A stretch of DNA of 58,077 bases, filler included, from Jimgerdemannia flammicorona (lineage: Eukaryota), in NCBI GenBank assembly GCA_003990765.1. It is 3 parts of 3 records of this genome, joined end to end, with 100 filler letters (N's around TTAATTAATTAA, not from the genome) between each part and the next. Parts side by side here need not be neighbours in the genome. Positions count along the whole stretch, not along the records: positions 1 to 19,294 come from RBNJ01001978.1; 2 more parts are not named here. One strand, written 5' to 3'. Shown piece by piece: positions 1 to 12,100 of the stretch. The notes under the pieces were generated by a model that saw only the letters and a program-made list of their open reading frames with translations, did no database searches and was not told where the DNA came from. Position numbers and translations under genes: made by a program. Within the stretch, counting starts at the first letter, position 1; each line of letters begins with the position of its first letter.

Positions 1-316
1 GCTCTGGAACTCAGTAGTTTTAGTTATTGGAATTTATATTTAGCTTTATATCTTAGCAACCATTGAATTATATTTTGTATAAATACCTCTCTTATTTCCT
101 CTGAAATAAAGTCAGTCAAGTTTCAGTGCAATACACAATCCCTTGCAAGCAATCTAAGAGATAACAAGACAGTTAAAGATAAGAAGTTTGAGGACTATAA
201 GACCTTGGGAAGGCACTCCAATAAGAACTTGCTTATAACAAACTTGAGTTAGTCTAAGAGATACACCTTGAAGAGAATCTGGCATATTTGAAGGACTCAG
301 CGACCACTACGTGACA
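1..316 (+). mobile_element. Probable 3' part of an LTR (truncated by the window start)
   Basis: CpG-poor segment with TATAAATA (~78) and AATAAA (~105). It ends in ...CCACTACGTGACA, resembling the ...CCACTATGTTACA end of the gypsy LTR at 49856. Sequence switches abruptly to CpG-normal after 316. Confidence 0.5.
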
Positions 317-499
317 ATATATATATACACTTAGGGTTTTATACGTGTTTCACCCAGACACAGAACAATGATCATTCATTCGAAGTTCTTGGTTTTCAGG
401 GTCATTTATTGGGTTGGCAAGAGGTTATTGGTGTATTCTCGTCGTGACGTAGTTGACATCCCGTGGGCGTAGCGTAGTTGACATTATGCAGGCGTAGCG

Positions 500-1460
500 T
501 AGATTGACATTGCGGCAAAACATTGAACGACAAAACATCGGTTGGAGGCCACTTCCTCAAGCTGTACAGACCACGAACACGAATATTGTGAAGTTGCTCT
601 TGACAGACACCAAAGCGGACCCAACACCAAGACCAACAACGGAAGGTCGCCGCTTCGCTTAGCTGCGCCTGTCAAGCTCGTGAGGTTACTTGTGGTTGAT
701 TTCGGGGAGGACGCCCTCGCCAATGAAAACAGGGTTGATGTCGCTTGAATACGCTGTGTTCAAAGGGAACGTCAAGGTCATGAGGTTGGTCATGATTGAG
801 TATGAAGAGGACGCCAACGACAGGAATCCTCAACCGATGACGCTTTGCAGAGAATAATGAATGAGAATCTTGAGGTTATGAGGTTCTTCGGGGAAAGTTT
901 GTAGCGGACTCCAAAGCCAAGGTCAATTACGAATTTACATCACTTCACATTGCTGCACTGTACAGGCAGGACATCATGTGAAGTTGGGCATGACTGAGTT
1001 AGGGACGAGCGCCAACCCTAATCAGGTTGATGGTTGGACGCCGCTTTACATTGGACATATTATCGTTCGCAAATATTTGACGTAGATGGTGGACTTATTG
1101 CTCGACGAGCCTTGTACGACCTCTTGCCAAATCTGTGAAATTACCTCTACCCCATACACCGGTGGTGTAGGAATACCATGCTGCAAAGGGGCACGTCAAG
1201 CTGCTGAAGACTCTCGTTCCGACCTTGGAGTCACGCCAACGGCAGAAACAATAATGGATCAATGGTACTTCTGGTCGCTGTGCAGAATAAACACATGGAG
1301 GTCGTGAGGGCGTTCAGCGGGCGAGTTTGGGATGGATGCTAATGACAAGAAAAACAACAAATCGACGCTGCTACATAGAATGCGCATCTCGTGGTTTGAG
1401 ATCGGACGCAAACACCAAAATTGAATCCGTCACACAGAACGGGCGCATCAACATATTAAA
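500..1460 (+). pseudogene. Degenerate ankyrin-repeat gene
   Basis: Ankyrin-like units in shifting frames: GWRPLPQAVQTTNTNIVKLLLTDTKADP, NGRSPLRLAA, SLEYAVFKGNVKVMRLVMIEYEEDAN, TSLHIAALY, DGWTPLYIG, AVQNKHMEVVR. Multiple frameshifts and stops, no consistent splice sites seen. Confidence 0.7.
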
Positions 1461-2461
1461 TTTCTCGTGGCCGAGTTCGAGGCGGCCTATTAAAGCATGC
1501 GATTTGGAATTACTATCTTCATGACCCTCAAGGGAAATAATAAAGCTTTTACTTGTTTGATATGAATATTATCGTGAAGTCCATTGATAAATATGTGAAA
1601 TTATGTGTGTGTCACATATAGTTCGGTCATGGATATTTTTATATTTCGACTGAATAACCCATTTCCCTAATATTTTAATGTCCAATAAAATTCAAAATTT
1701 CAACGTCAATAGCCTTCGCACTACTCTTACGTTGCAATGTGAAGGTAGGAAACTCTCAGATGACACAACCATTATGCAAAACCATGTTTAAACAGCAGAG
1801 AGAACCTACTGCGTGGTTCTTTTAAAATAGCAAGTTTCTTACAAATTTTTTGTAAATAATTTCATCTTTCACTACGTACGAGTCCTACCAGTGCACATGC
1901 ACTCGGCGACGGGGCGCACAGGCACACAAGTCAACGAAATCCTCAACTTATTTGCTCTGTGGTGTAATGGGAACGGACGGCGCAGAGTCCGTCGTCAAAA
2001 AAAATGAGCCCATGTGACTGTACATATCGAAGAAAAGGATTTTGGCAGAGAGCGCCAAGGACATCGCATATGCCCTCAAAACTAACGAATCGCCCATTTC
2101 ATTGTATCCATTGCGAATATATGCCAAAGCCGTCGCAATGTCCCTAAATTATTTATTGTACCTATCAGGGGTTTCAAGACGTAAAGAATGTCGCAAATAT
2201 CCTCAAAATCTATAAAATTAACACGTTATTGAATCATTTGGGGAATAGAAAAGGTTCAACAATTGTTTCTGGGAAGGTGCGAACCCCGATTCGGCATAAC
2301 TAAGCTCCGTCGTTACACAAACGTCGCGAAGTCGCGAGATTGACTTCGGATTACGATTTGTTCACGTGGCTACTGCGGAGACCAAAACACAAAGCCGAAA
2401 TCACCTTCTTACTGCGCATTGCCGAATCCTCCACCTAAGCAACAAACCACGCAGGGTCAAT

Positions 2462-3602
2462 ATGTCGCAACAACAGAAGAAAGATGGCGAATCGTCACCA
2501 ATCCGTCTCGATACTCGGGTTGTGGGACTTCCTACAGCTATATCGTGGCCGCGCAGGTATGAACGGAAAGAATTCTACAATGCGAAGGCATTTATTGTTA
2601 CTCCAAGGAGTGAACATCCTGGAATACCTGCCTTGCATGAGAAGGTCCAGCGTGCGAAAGACTGTCTGGGCTTCGCCGACGCCCCCAATATGGCGAGCGC
2701 TGTGGGTATTCAACTCTTCGTCCATGTGGAACCTGTCATATCCAGCATATGGGAAACTCACGTGTTTTACGTCGTTTGTGTGAAATTGAAGAGTTTTATC
2801 ATTGTTGGTGATGGCGCGGACGAAACTCCTAAACCTACCGAAGAGGCAATCAGAGCCATCATGCAGTATGCGGATGGAAAGAACCTTCCAATCATTTCGG
2901 TGACCATGCTCAAGGTATTAATCGTCGATCGCTCTCGCAAGATGAATTTCTATGCTCCCAACTAACATTATTTACCGATCTTCTTAGTTGTATGAAGAAC
3001 ATATGGAAGAGATCGATGAGTAAGTCTTACGCCTTTCGCAATATCAATATATATATATATACCGACCCCCTACAACCATATTCATATGTACACAGCGACG
3101 CCAGCGTTCCTTTTGTTCTTCAAGAGGGAAGCGGACCAGGCATGACGCTTACAATGGGTCCAGATTTCTTCCGCTACGCTGAAGAAAACGAGGATGACGC
3201 GTACGATGAACTCGGACGCCAGCAGCTACAGAAGGACGAATATGTGGCCTTTGTTAATAACCTTCACCTACCAGAAAAGTACGTCATGCAGATCCCAAGT
3301 GTTTACAAAGTGTCCCAGTCTCATTCATGCACGTCCCTCGCATCTTATCCAGGGAACGTCTTGGAAAATACCTCAATTACGACCCTATTCGCCTCATCGG
3401 CACCCGCTGGAAGGTCCACATGGTGCTGAATCGCTATCTGGCACTCGCTTGGGAGGTTAGCGGCCACACATGGACTTTTAATTTCCACGAAGAAAATTTC
3501 AAGACCGAGTATCAAGGATTGTTTGGAGAAATAGACGCCATCGACGCTCTTCGCGCATCTGTACTGGCCTTTCTCAAAAATCCACAGGTTTTTTTATCGT
3601 AA
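2462..3602 (+). CDS. Hypothetical protein, 4 exons (2462-2914, 2988-3019, 3096-3278, 3353-3602)
   Basis: Three ~75-bp GT-AG introns (GTATTA..CTAAC..TTAG; GTAAGT..ACAG; GTACGT..CCAG) join the ORF pieces in phase, ending at TAA 3600-3602. No recognisable domain. Confidence 0.7.
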
Positions 3603-5017
3603 ATTTAGACACGAAGGCGTCTGAAAATTTCGCCCGGAGATTGTATCTTGGTCCTCAAAATCAATTAATTGTTCAAAAAAAAAAAAAAAAAAAAAAAAAT
3701 ACAACGGTGTTTGAGAATAATGTGTACTAGTTTATTTTATTGATCTACATCAAAGTTCACTGCTCGTTATGCATCTTTGGGACCTCAATGAACGATGTCA
3801 AAGCTGTCTCACTCCAATTTGACCAAGTAGCTTGGCTCAGGCCAGGCCTTACCGTTCGCTTACGTCCATAATCACTGTCAGGAGCACGCTCCCCCTTTCA
3901 TTTGGATGATAGCGACCCCGCTGTCTTGGCGAAGGAAAACGATTTCGACTAGGGCATTTACTAACTCCACCAGTTACCGCACTCACCTGTTTGGCTTGAC
4001 CCAACGCCATTGGCACGATTTCCGTGAGCTACTTGAACATCACGAGCAATTCATCCCGGACACATTGGGATAGCTGAGAAATGCGTCGGAGGGCCTCATT
4101 CTTCAAAGAAATCGCGTTGGACACAAACACTTTCACCGAAAGCTGAAGGAAAAAGGTAAGCTATGTGTGATTGCATTCGGCCACACATTTTGTACAAACA
4201 ATTAAATCTTGACAAATAATTGCTCCCAATATACACAATAACAGATGATCCAATCTTCTGGCACTGACGCCGACAAACCCTCTTATATCTCAGATGACGC
4301 ACATCTCCGAATTCGAAATGGAAATACTGCAACACGCCAAAGTAGTTCATCAGAGATTGGGCGGAGGAGGTGGGTTGTTATTTTTTATATCGGTAAAGTA
4401 AATTCTGTCGTCTTTACTAGAACAGAGATGGAAGGGGTGATTACTTGCACATGATCTCATCTGACCTCTCCAAAACGGAAAGGTAGAGCGCAATGCGACC
4501 TACGGTCCTATCATGAAGTGATCCAGCGACGCTATTCGCACCTATCCATCGGTGAATGGTACGTCCATGCTCCTAGACCTCTGTGTTCTGTCTGAAAACG
4601 ATTCTCTTTGACACGACTTTCTCTCGTATAGTTCAGCGGTGAGATCCAGATAATTGCTTCGAGGGGCAGACTAGGGCGCTTGGCTTTTGACATCGTGATG
4701 ATGGGTAAGTAACCTGTAATTAAGCTTTAAAATGTTATTAATGATGTAATATACCCCTGGCTCTATGCTTATATATTTCTGTTGATATTCTCTAGATTAC
4801 ATCATCGTAAGTTTCAGCTTCCTTAGCAAGATTATTGTAAATCCCTACTATCGCTTCAACATTTGTTTTGACGCATGCCACATCTCTAAATCGTTTGATA
4901 GGAGGTTTTATTTTGCATGGCAGGGTAGGAGAATATTATGTTGGTTATGCGAGGATGGCAAAGCCATGTTATCGGCGTGTGACTTAAGTTAATATTAAAA
5001 CGTATAATTACAAAGCG

Positions 5018-5092
5018 ATGATTCTGCGAAACGATGGAACGATGACTCTGCTGAACGATGGAACAATGAATCTGCTGGACGATGGAATGATA
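5018..5092. repeat. Three imperfect 24-bp tandem repeats
   Basis: GATGATTCTGCGAAACGATGGAAC / GATGACTCTGCTGAACGATGGAAC / AATGAATCTGCTGGACGATGGAAT. Confidence 0.7.
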
Positions 5093-6606
5093 ATTGTCTA
5101 CATTAATATGCATTTATCTGCATTATCAGCATTACCCTAACGTAGAAATCGTGGATTATTGGAAGCTTGCATTCTTTCAACTGGGGAAGCCATTTTCGTG
5201 GCGGCAAGATTACTTACGAGTAGGACCTGCGTCATTGCTTGGTTTGAATCAATCACAATGATATCGTCTCATCTATGTCACGGACACCGCGCCCACAATA
5301 CATAACATTTGACAACCGTGATAGACAGGATCCTTTATTTCTCTCGCTATTATGAACACCATCGATCAATATGACGACATCAATATCAACTAGATGGAGT
5401 TTGCAATATTATGGTCAAATATGATTTTACCTCGCATACCCTATATACAGCACCCTCCTTAATCGAGTTCTCTTATAACGAAATGAATATTTGTCACGCA
5501 TCATCGATATTCCGACATCGTGCGATATGTCTTAATACAAAATCTATTAAATATTGCTTAATTACGACTGGGATTTGCTATATAAGTATCTGGACCGTCC
5601 CATGTGTCAATCACAAAATGAATGGCCCTAAACAAATCTAATTTTACAAGAGATATAAATAGTGACATTGGTTTTGTCTATAGCTATTTGTTTTGTCCAT
5701 GGTACGCTCCTTTTCAAACCCCAAGTAGTATTGTTTCCGCACATGGTGGTTCTATGATTTAGATACTTTGTGCTTTTATACCACGGAAATACTCTTACGC
5801 CATGAAAATACTTTACAGTAATCGGCGTGAGCTACAGTCAGTGTGATCCGTCAACTGCGGAACGGCGCTTTACTTGTTACTATTTCCTTAATATGGTTCA
5901 CTATTTATGGCCGAGACTAATCCTTTAGAGCAAGAATATTCCTGAGTCACTATTTACGGGCAAGACAGGGAACAGTTCGAGTCCACCAACCATTGCTATG
6001 AGGAGTAGGCACGAGGTCTTGAAACAAATTTTCCGATAATCAACGGTTTCAGGCCAGAGTTCCCGGTCCAACTGGTAGCCAACAAAGACCTTTGATAGCG
6101 GCTGCATCGGAATATTTTCTATAAATGCATCGGCGCTTCCTCTTTTAATGAGTGGGACCACAGGTCAATGTATGCCGGAATGTCTCGGGGGCATAGGTTT
6201 CGGGCGCGGAACGCCCGTCTCTGTTTGGGATTAAATCATGTTTCGCCTTGAAATGCATAGCGGGCGTATACTTCCCTTTTTGGGTTGCCTTCTTTGGTTA
6301 TGCGCTCCTTAACATTGTAATCCAGCACTTCACGTATTATACGCTACTCGTTGAGCCTCTACGTACATTTGCTATATTCGCCATCGTTCTATCTGCCACC
6401 CTCCCTCCCTACTCATGTATATACAAGGGTCGGTTTTTCTAACGTGTGTATCACCCAAAAACATATAATTTGATTTAAGTTTGCCTTATTTCCTTCTTTC
6501 AATTCTGCCGTAGTTTATCTTTCTCGCGGGCATTATCGCTAGTCATTGAAACTGTATTCCATCTAATAAGAACATTGCTTTTGCTACTCTTCTCCTTTTT
6601 TCCACC

Positions 6607-8240
6607 ACGGACGTCCATCCCAAGAAAGGATGTGACATTGAGAATGTCATCTTGTCGTCAGTTGAGGAGTACGTTTTGCCACGCCATGGTTAAATTGTGA
6701 TCAGAATTCATCCGACACGCTCCCTGATTTTGCATTCTTCTTCTACGTGCATTGGAAAGACTTGGACGTGTTTGTCAAGAGTCACCCCAAGTCCATGTTT
6801 ACTGATCTTTTGCAGAATAGTGTCGAATATCGCAGTCAAAAATAAGGCAACGGTCCAATGAATATTGAATAACCAAACAGTGTAATGTTTCCTTCCCATC
6901 CTGTCCTCCAAACCCTTCGATTCCTTCCCCCGTCTGTTGGCCCAGATAACTGGTGGCTCTGCTAAGACTACTGGTGTTTGGCACCACGACTCTTGGGATC
7001 GCGAGCTGTTCCCACCAGGTCAAACTGCAAAAGAGCTCGTGGGGTCAATGTTCTCTCGGATCTTTTAGTGACACTCGTCTCGGTGGTGGTGGTGGCACCA
7101 ACTTAGCCAACCTGCCACTAAATTTTGTTGACAAAAGGTGCCTGCCAAAGTATCCACACAACCAATTTTGTGTAAAAACTATATTTGAGGTCGCCAGGAA
7201 GCACAACCTAGACGGATAAGCATTTTTGCAATGATATTGTCCACAGTCTCTCTGGCAAGGGTGTCGGGCCGAAGTGCTTGCGCCTATTCTGGCTTATAAA
7301 CGTATATATTCCGTGAAGATCCTTACTTTTCGATCATTGTGTCATGTTCATGGTCATTGGTCACGTCATAGAATCATACTGGCGTCTGTATTTTTCCAGA
7401 GTTCCACTGGAATGCTATTAACAACTGGATCTCTGGCTTGGACCACGCCGGCAAGCACAAGAAGGGTTGGACGACTCTCAACCTGTTTGGTGGCAACTTC
7501 CAATCGCTCTCTGTCGTCCAGAAGACCAATTACTACCTTAAAATCAGACGGCACACCGTCTCCCGCCATGGAACATGCCCTCCTCGGTATCGACGCTCAA
7601 CACTCCATCCTCTTCACCTACGTGAAAAAGCGCGAAATTTACAAGAACACCCTATTAATTATTTCCACCAAGCACGGGCCAGTCGCCTATTGATAGGGCT
7701 CTCCTCAGCAGGGTCCACCAGGACCCTTCCACCTGGAGCGTGCCTGTCATCTACTTCAGCGGCGATGATGTTGGTCTCCTTTGCCTCAAAAGTAACAATG
7801 AAAGTGTCGCCGCAGGTGCCAGCCTGTATATACGCCAACGCGACAAAGCTCGGTCTACTCAACCTCGGGGAAGGTATCGTCGTTTCGGAAATTCGGCAAC
7901 GGACCATGTGTACGGACATGATCATCCAAACCGCCCCGGTGCTATCTATACTAAGGAAAGTAAGGTTTCCAAGCATGGTGGATTTAACGAAGACGTTATG
8001 TACGTCCTTTTTATTGTGCACAACCCGCGCTTCCACGCCAAGAACGTCTCTGTCCCTGTGTCCACCAAGCAGATCGCCCCATCCATCCTGGTAGCTCTTG
8101 AATTGAACCAGCATGAGCTGCAAGCATTCGCCATTGGAGACACTAGGACCCTTCATCAATTGTGTAATATATTGAGTGACGCGCGACTTATACATAGTAT
8201 GCAAATCCCCGTAATTTCTATTATCTATACAGCAGCCTGA
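6607..8240 (+). pseudogene. Type I phosphodiesterase/nucleotide pyrophosphatase (alkaline phosphatase superfamily) pseudogene
   Basis: Family-like motifs in order across frames: DLDVFVKSHPKS, SKPFDSFPRLLAQITGGSAKTTGVWHHDSWDRELFPPG, CLPKYPHN..TIFEVA, LFGGNFQSLSVVQKT, IISTKHG, AIYTKESKVSKHGGFNED, VSTKQIAPSILVALEL. Interrupted by frameshifts and stops (e.g. TGATAG at 7691). Confidence 0.7.
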
Positions 8241-9936
8241 TAAATCTATCATTTTTAGCGTCAGTTCACTTGAAAAATCGTGATATTTCATTTGCGGGCG
8301 GGGAAATATCCGAATTACATGGTTTTGTATAACACCATGCAATCATGAAAGTCTTAAGGGTCGTCCTATCCTTCCACAACATGACCCACCCTTCCAACTT
8401 GGCTCGCAACAATTTTTTTATTACTGCGGGCGTCTCCAAATGGCAACTAGCTTTTATATTCCACTGTCGTACAACTAACGAACGACATTGTTCACCGCTG
8501 CCATCCATATCTTTGCCACGTCCCATGATTCTACGATGCCGAAACAGAAGCACACACCCGAATTCACAAGCATTTTTGCGAAAACGCGGATATACTTCGC
8601 CTCTTTATTCAGTTTATACCCTGCAGTAAGTGTTCGAAAGTGAAAAATAAACATCCCACCATTAGCTTGTGAGCCACGGCTGCGTCGCTAACGACCACCA
8701 AGCGCTTCACTCCGAGCTTCATTCAGAATATAGGTCCGGAGTCTTCCGCCCATTTACTGAAGGAGATGTATTGGCCTATCCGGAAGAAGTTGCCTTTTTG
8801 AGTGAAGCGATTTCGGCTACTTTTTTTTACAAATTGCTCGCGAAATAGTAGAGGCTTACCGAAATAATGTATTCCTCTCGGATCAGGTAATTCCTCGCCA
8901 CCATTGAACTTGTCAGTCTCCCTGCCGAGAACGAGGAATAATATCCGAAAAGTGCGACGATCAGGGTTATGGCGACGATGACGATCATAGTGGTATGTTT
9001 GCAGAGCGTTTTCGAGTAATAGGAGGTAGGTGCAGATTAGGGACTTTTATTTTTTGAATAGACTGACGATGTACCCATTGCCATGTCGGCGGCATTCATT
9101 GGGCCATATATATTTAGTTTAGCGATTGGTGACCTCGAAACTCAACACTCCAATTTTCAAGCCTCGTTTTACCACCATGGAACCGCCCACCCAACAACCG
9201 CGCCTACGAAAATCCCTCCTTTGATATGGATGGCATAGTTCGGCGATGATACACCCGCACCTGGCAATGAGACACCTACCTCCTCGAGGAAGCCGGTGTG
9301 GTTAGAGAAGAACAGGAGGGGTGACTGGTCACTAGGTCTGTTATATGAGGTCCCATGAGGTTTATACTATTACGAGTATCTCTGGCAAGACATTATGTTC
9401 TATTAATGGCTAGAAAGTCGCCTTTAGAAATAATTTCTCAGCCGTTGCCGGTTTCAATGGCCTTGGCCAATCGACATGGCGCGATTAAATTTAGAGGGCA
9501 ACTCCTACTAACAGTGTGGTATTCCGATGCTCCTTCAACAAATTCCAGGTGGGCGGGGTGAGACTTTTTCTACACATTTACCACAGCTCGGAAGCACCAA
9601 CAAAGATTAAAACCGTTTGGAGTACCGGTCAAAGCGGTCGTTTAAAAACACCCAAATAACAAACAAATTATTGTATATGACCATGATGACAAGGCGCCTA
9701 CCGTTTCTCTAAAAATTGGACCTAATTCAGTTGCGATGCGCGGACCACCCCCGATAGCTGCCCAATGCGCAGGTCGGCCAAAATATGCATAATATGATAT
9801 TTATATTGAGGCTCGATAATTTCGTTTTAAATAATCAAACGCATCCCAAGCAGAATAAAACTGATATCAAGTGTGCAAAGTTGGCTTTCCATCGTTGGCA
9901 AAGGAAATAGGAGATTGCTCATCAATTAAAGACAGG

Positions 9937-10252
9937 TAGTGCTCCCAAATGAATTAAATCAATTCCAATTGAATTGGAATAAATTGGAGTCTGATTTGAT
10001 TCAATTTGATTCAAAATTAAGAGTCAAACTTTGAAATACAATAACTTAACCAAATTTAATAATCTTCATTGTGCCAGATTTCTCTAGACAAGATAAACCT
10101 AATAAGTTATAATTTGTCTAATTTGGATTTTTTTTCTTTTCTTTCATTTTATTTTTGTTCTCTAATTTCCAAATATTTTCATCAAATTATTGAATTTTAA
10201 ATATTAAGGTTCAAATTAAATTATCTCTCAATTTGATTCATTCTGAGTACTA
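9937..10252. mobile_element. Small AT-rich element with imperfect terminal inverted repeats (MITE/hAT-like)
   Basis: 5' TAGTGCTCCCAAATGAATTAAAT versus 3' ATTTGATTCATTCTGAGTACTA. A similar TAGTACTCTGAAT terminus followed by GATTT/GAATC motifs occurs at ~40053. No TSD seen. Confidence 0.4.
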
Positions 10253-11067
10253 TGTAAAGTTACAAAGATACTATATATTATAATGTTACAAATATAAAAA
10301 ATATTGATCTAAAAGGAAATATTATATAAGACAGTTACTCAAATTAACTTATTTGTTGAAAGAACCTCTAGTCTAATACTAAAAGCAAAGTGTCCTGCAC
10401 ATGAGGAGGCTAATGTGAGATGAACAGTGTTCTATATAAAATGAATCTAATGTGGGACATGGGTTTGGCTCAAAGGAAGCATACGATTCCAAAGGCCCGC
10501 CAATCGCATTCGTATGTGAAGAGGCCGGGCACACATTTATTGTTCCAAAGGGGGATGGGTGGGAGGGGTGCGTGAAATCGATTGATACAAATTACTAATG
10601 ATGATTGCTAGAGTATATTGAGGGAAATGTGTGGCCACTGCCTAACTCTTGGGCATGCAGTTGGAGCTTGGGCTAGCTAAGGTAGGGTGCAGAAAGCGAT
10701 TGAAACTGACTAAGCTAAGATGGTGGATTGTATGATTACATTGCATGAATGTTTAAGCACATGGTAGGGTGCAGGAAGCAATTGAAACTGACTAATCTAA
10801 GATGGTAGTTGCATTGCACAATGAATATTAGATGCATAAGTGTTAAGTGCAATGGCCACTTTGCTCATTTTGAACTATGTTCACAACTATATCAAAGTGT
10901 CCCGCACATGAGGAGGCTAACGTGAGATGAATAGTATTCTATATAAAATGAATCTAATGTGGGACATGGGTTTGGCTCAAAGGAAGCATACGCTTCTGAA
11001 GGCCCGCCAATCACATTCGTATGCGAAGAGGCCAAAGAACCATGGGCCTGGGAAGTGGGCAAGGCTC

Positions 11068-12100
11068 CTAAATGTAATGCTGGTGCCGCTGACTGCTTGT
11101 GGGCATCTTTTGGCCACCACCTGCCAAACCCATGACCCACTGGTAGTTGAGTAGAGGAAGTGCAGCCAAGGTGACTGTCATCCGAGGTAGAATCTGGTCG
11201 AGTTGCCAGATGTAATGCAGAAAGGCCGTAGACTTCCACTGACCAGCCAGTTGAATGATGTGATCTGAATATCCCACTGATACAAGAAGAGTAGCACCAC
11301 CAATGCGGAAGGAATGACCATGAATTCCAGTGGCTAGTGGAGTGTCTCTTAAAGGGGCCCGAATGGCCTCGATAAATGTTGAGCGAGAGAGAGGTTGAGT
11401 GGGACTGAAGGAGAAGACAGGGTCCTCGGGACAGGCAGGGCAGAGGCGGATCATATTGTCAATCACAGAACAGGGGCAATCGAAGGCACCTGAAAACCCC
11501 AGAAATACATTGCCTGAGATACCAGTTTTGGAGCGAGGGAGGTGTAGAGACCAAAAGGGCCGGGAAAGTGTAGGGTCCCAGTGCCATCAAAGGTGGCGCC
11601 TGCATGCCTGCCAGTGTGAGTCGAATGGTAGGTGGTCAGAAGATGTCAGCTCGCATGAGGCCATAAAAGGCTGTACACATGGCCACCCATATGGTGGCAC
11701 CATGAGGTGTAGTAAGGGAGAGAGCAGCATGAATAAGCTGCAAGTGTTGGCGAGTAATAGGAAGGCATTCCAGTGAGTGTGAGGGGGGTGGGTGGTGCTG
11801 AATGGATTTCAATGCCATGTCGAACAGGGGTAAGGATGTGCAGTGGAGAGGGGGGCCTCACCAGTGGGCCAGTTGATGAGTGGCGATGTCGTAGAAATAG
11901 TTCTTAATGGTGGTATATGGCTTTTGATCATTGGCCAGCCATAGGGCCCAGTAGCTGAGGAGGTCATCATGAAGAGGAAAGGCAGTGGTATCATCGATGC
12001 TATAGCAGCCTAGGAAGTGGTAGAAGGAGTTGGTGCCAGATCGAAGGGCACCAGTGCAGGTGTGAGAGTGTTGGTAGAGACAGGACTTGAGTCAATGGCA
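11068..12100 (-). pseudogene. Ngaro tyrosine recombinase (stops and frameshift; overlaps the RH C-terminus)
   Basis: TIKNY, TAFYGLMRA (catalytic R), LHLPRSKT (K), GHSFRIGGAT (HxxR), LAGQWKSTAFLHYI (W, Y). Confidence 0.88.

Noticed and set aside
3780..5400. Possible spliced gene remnant (GTAAG donors at ~4156 and ~4705)
   Set aside because: No consistent exon chain or recognisable product could be assembled.
7659..8342. 227-aa minus-strand ORF (and 7438-8094 read as one protein)
   Set aside because: Shadow frames of the phosphodiesterase pseudogene; no independent motifs.
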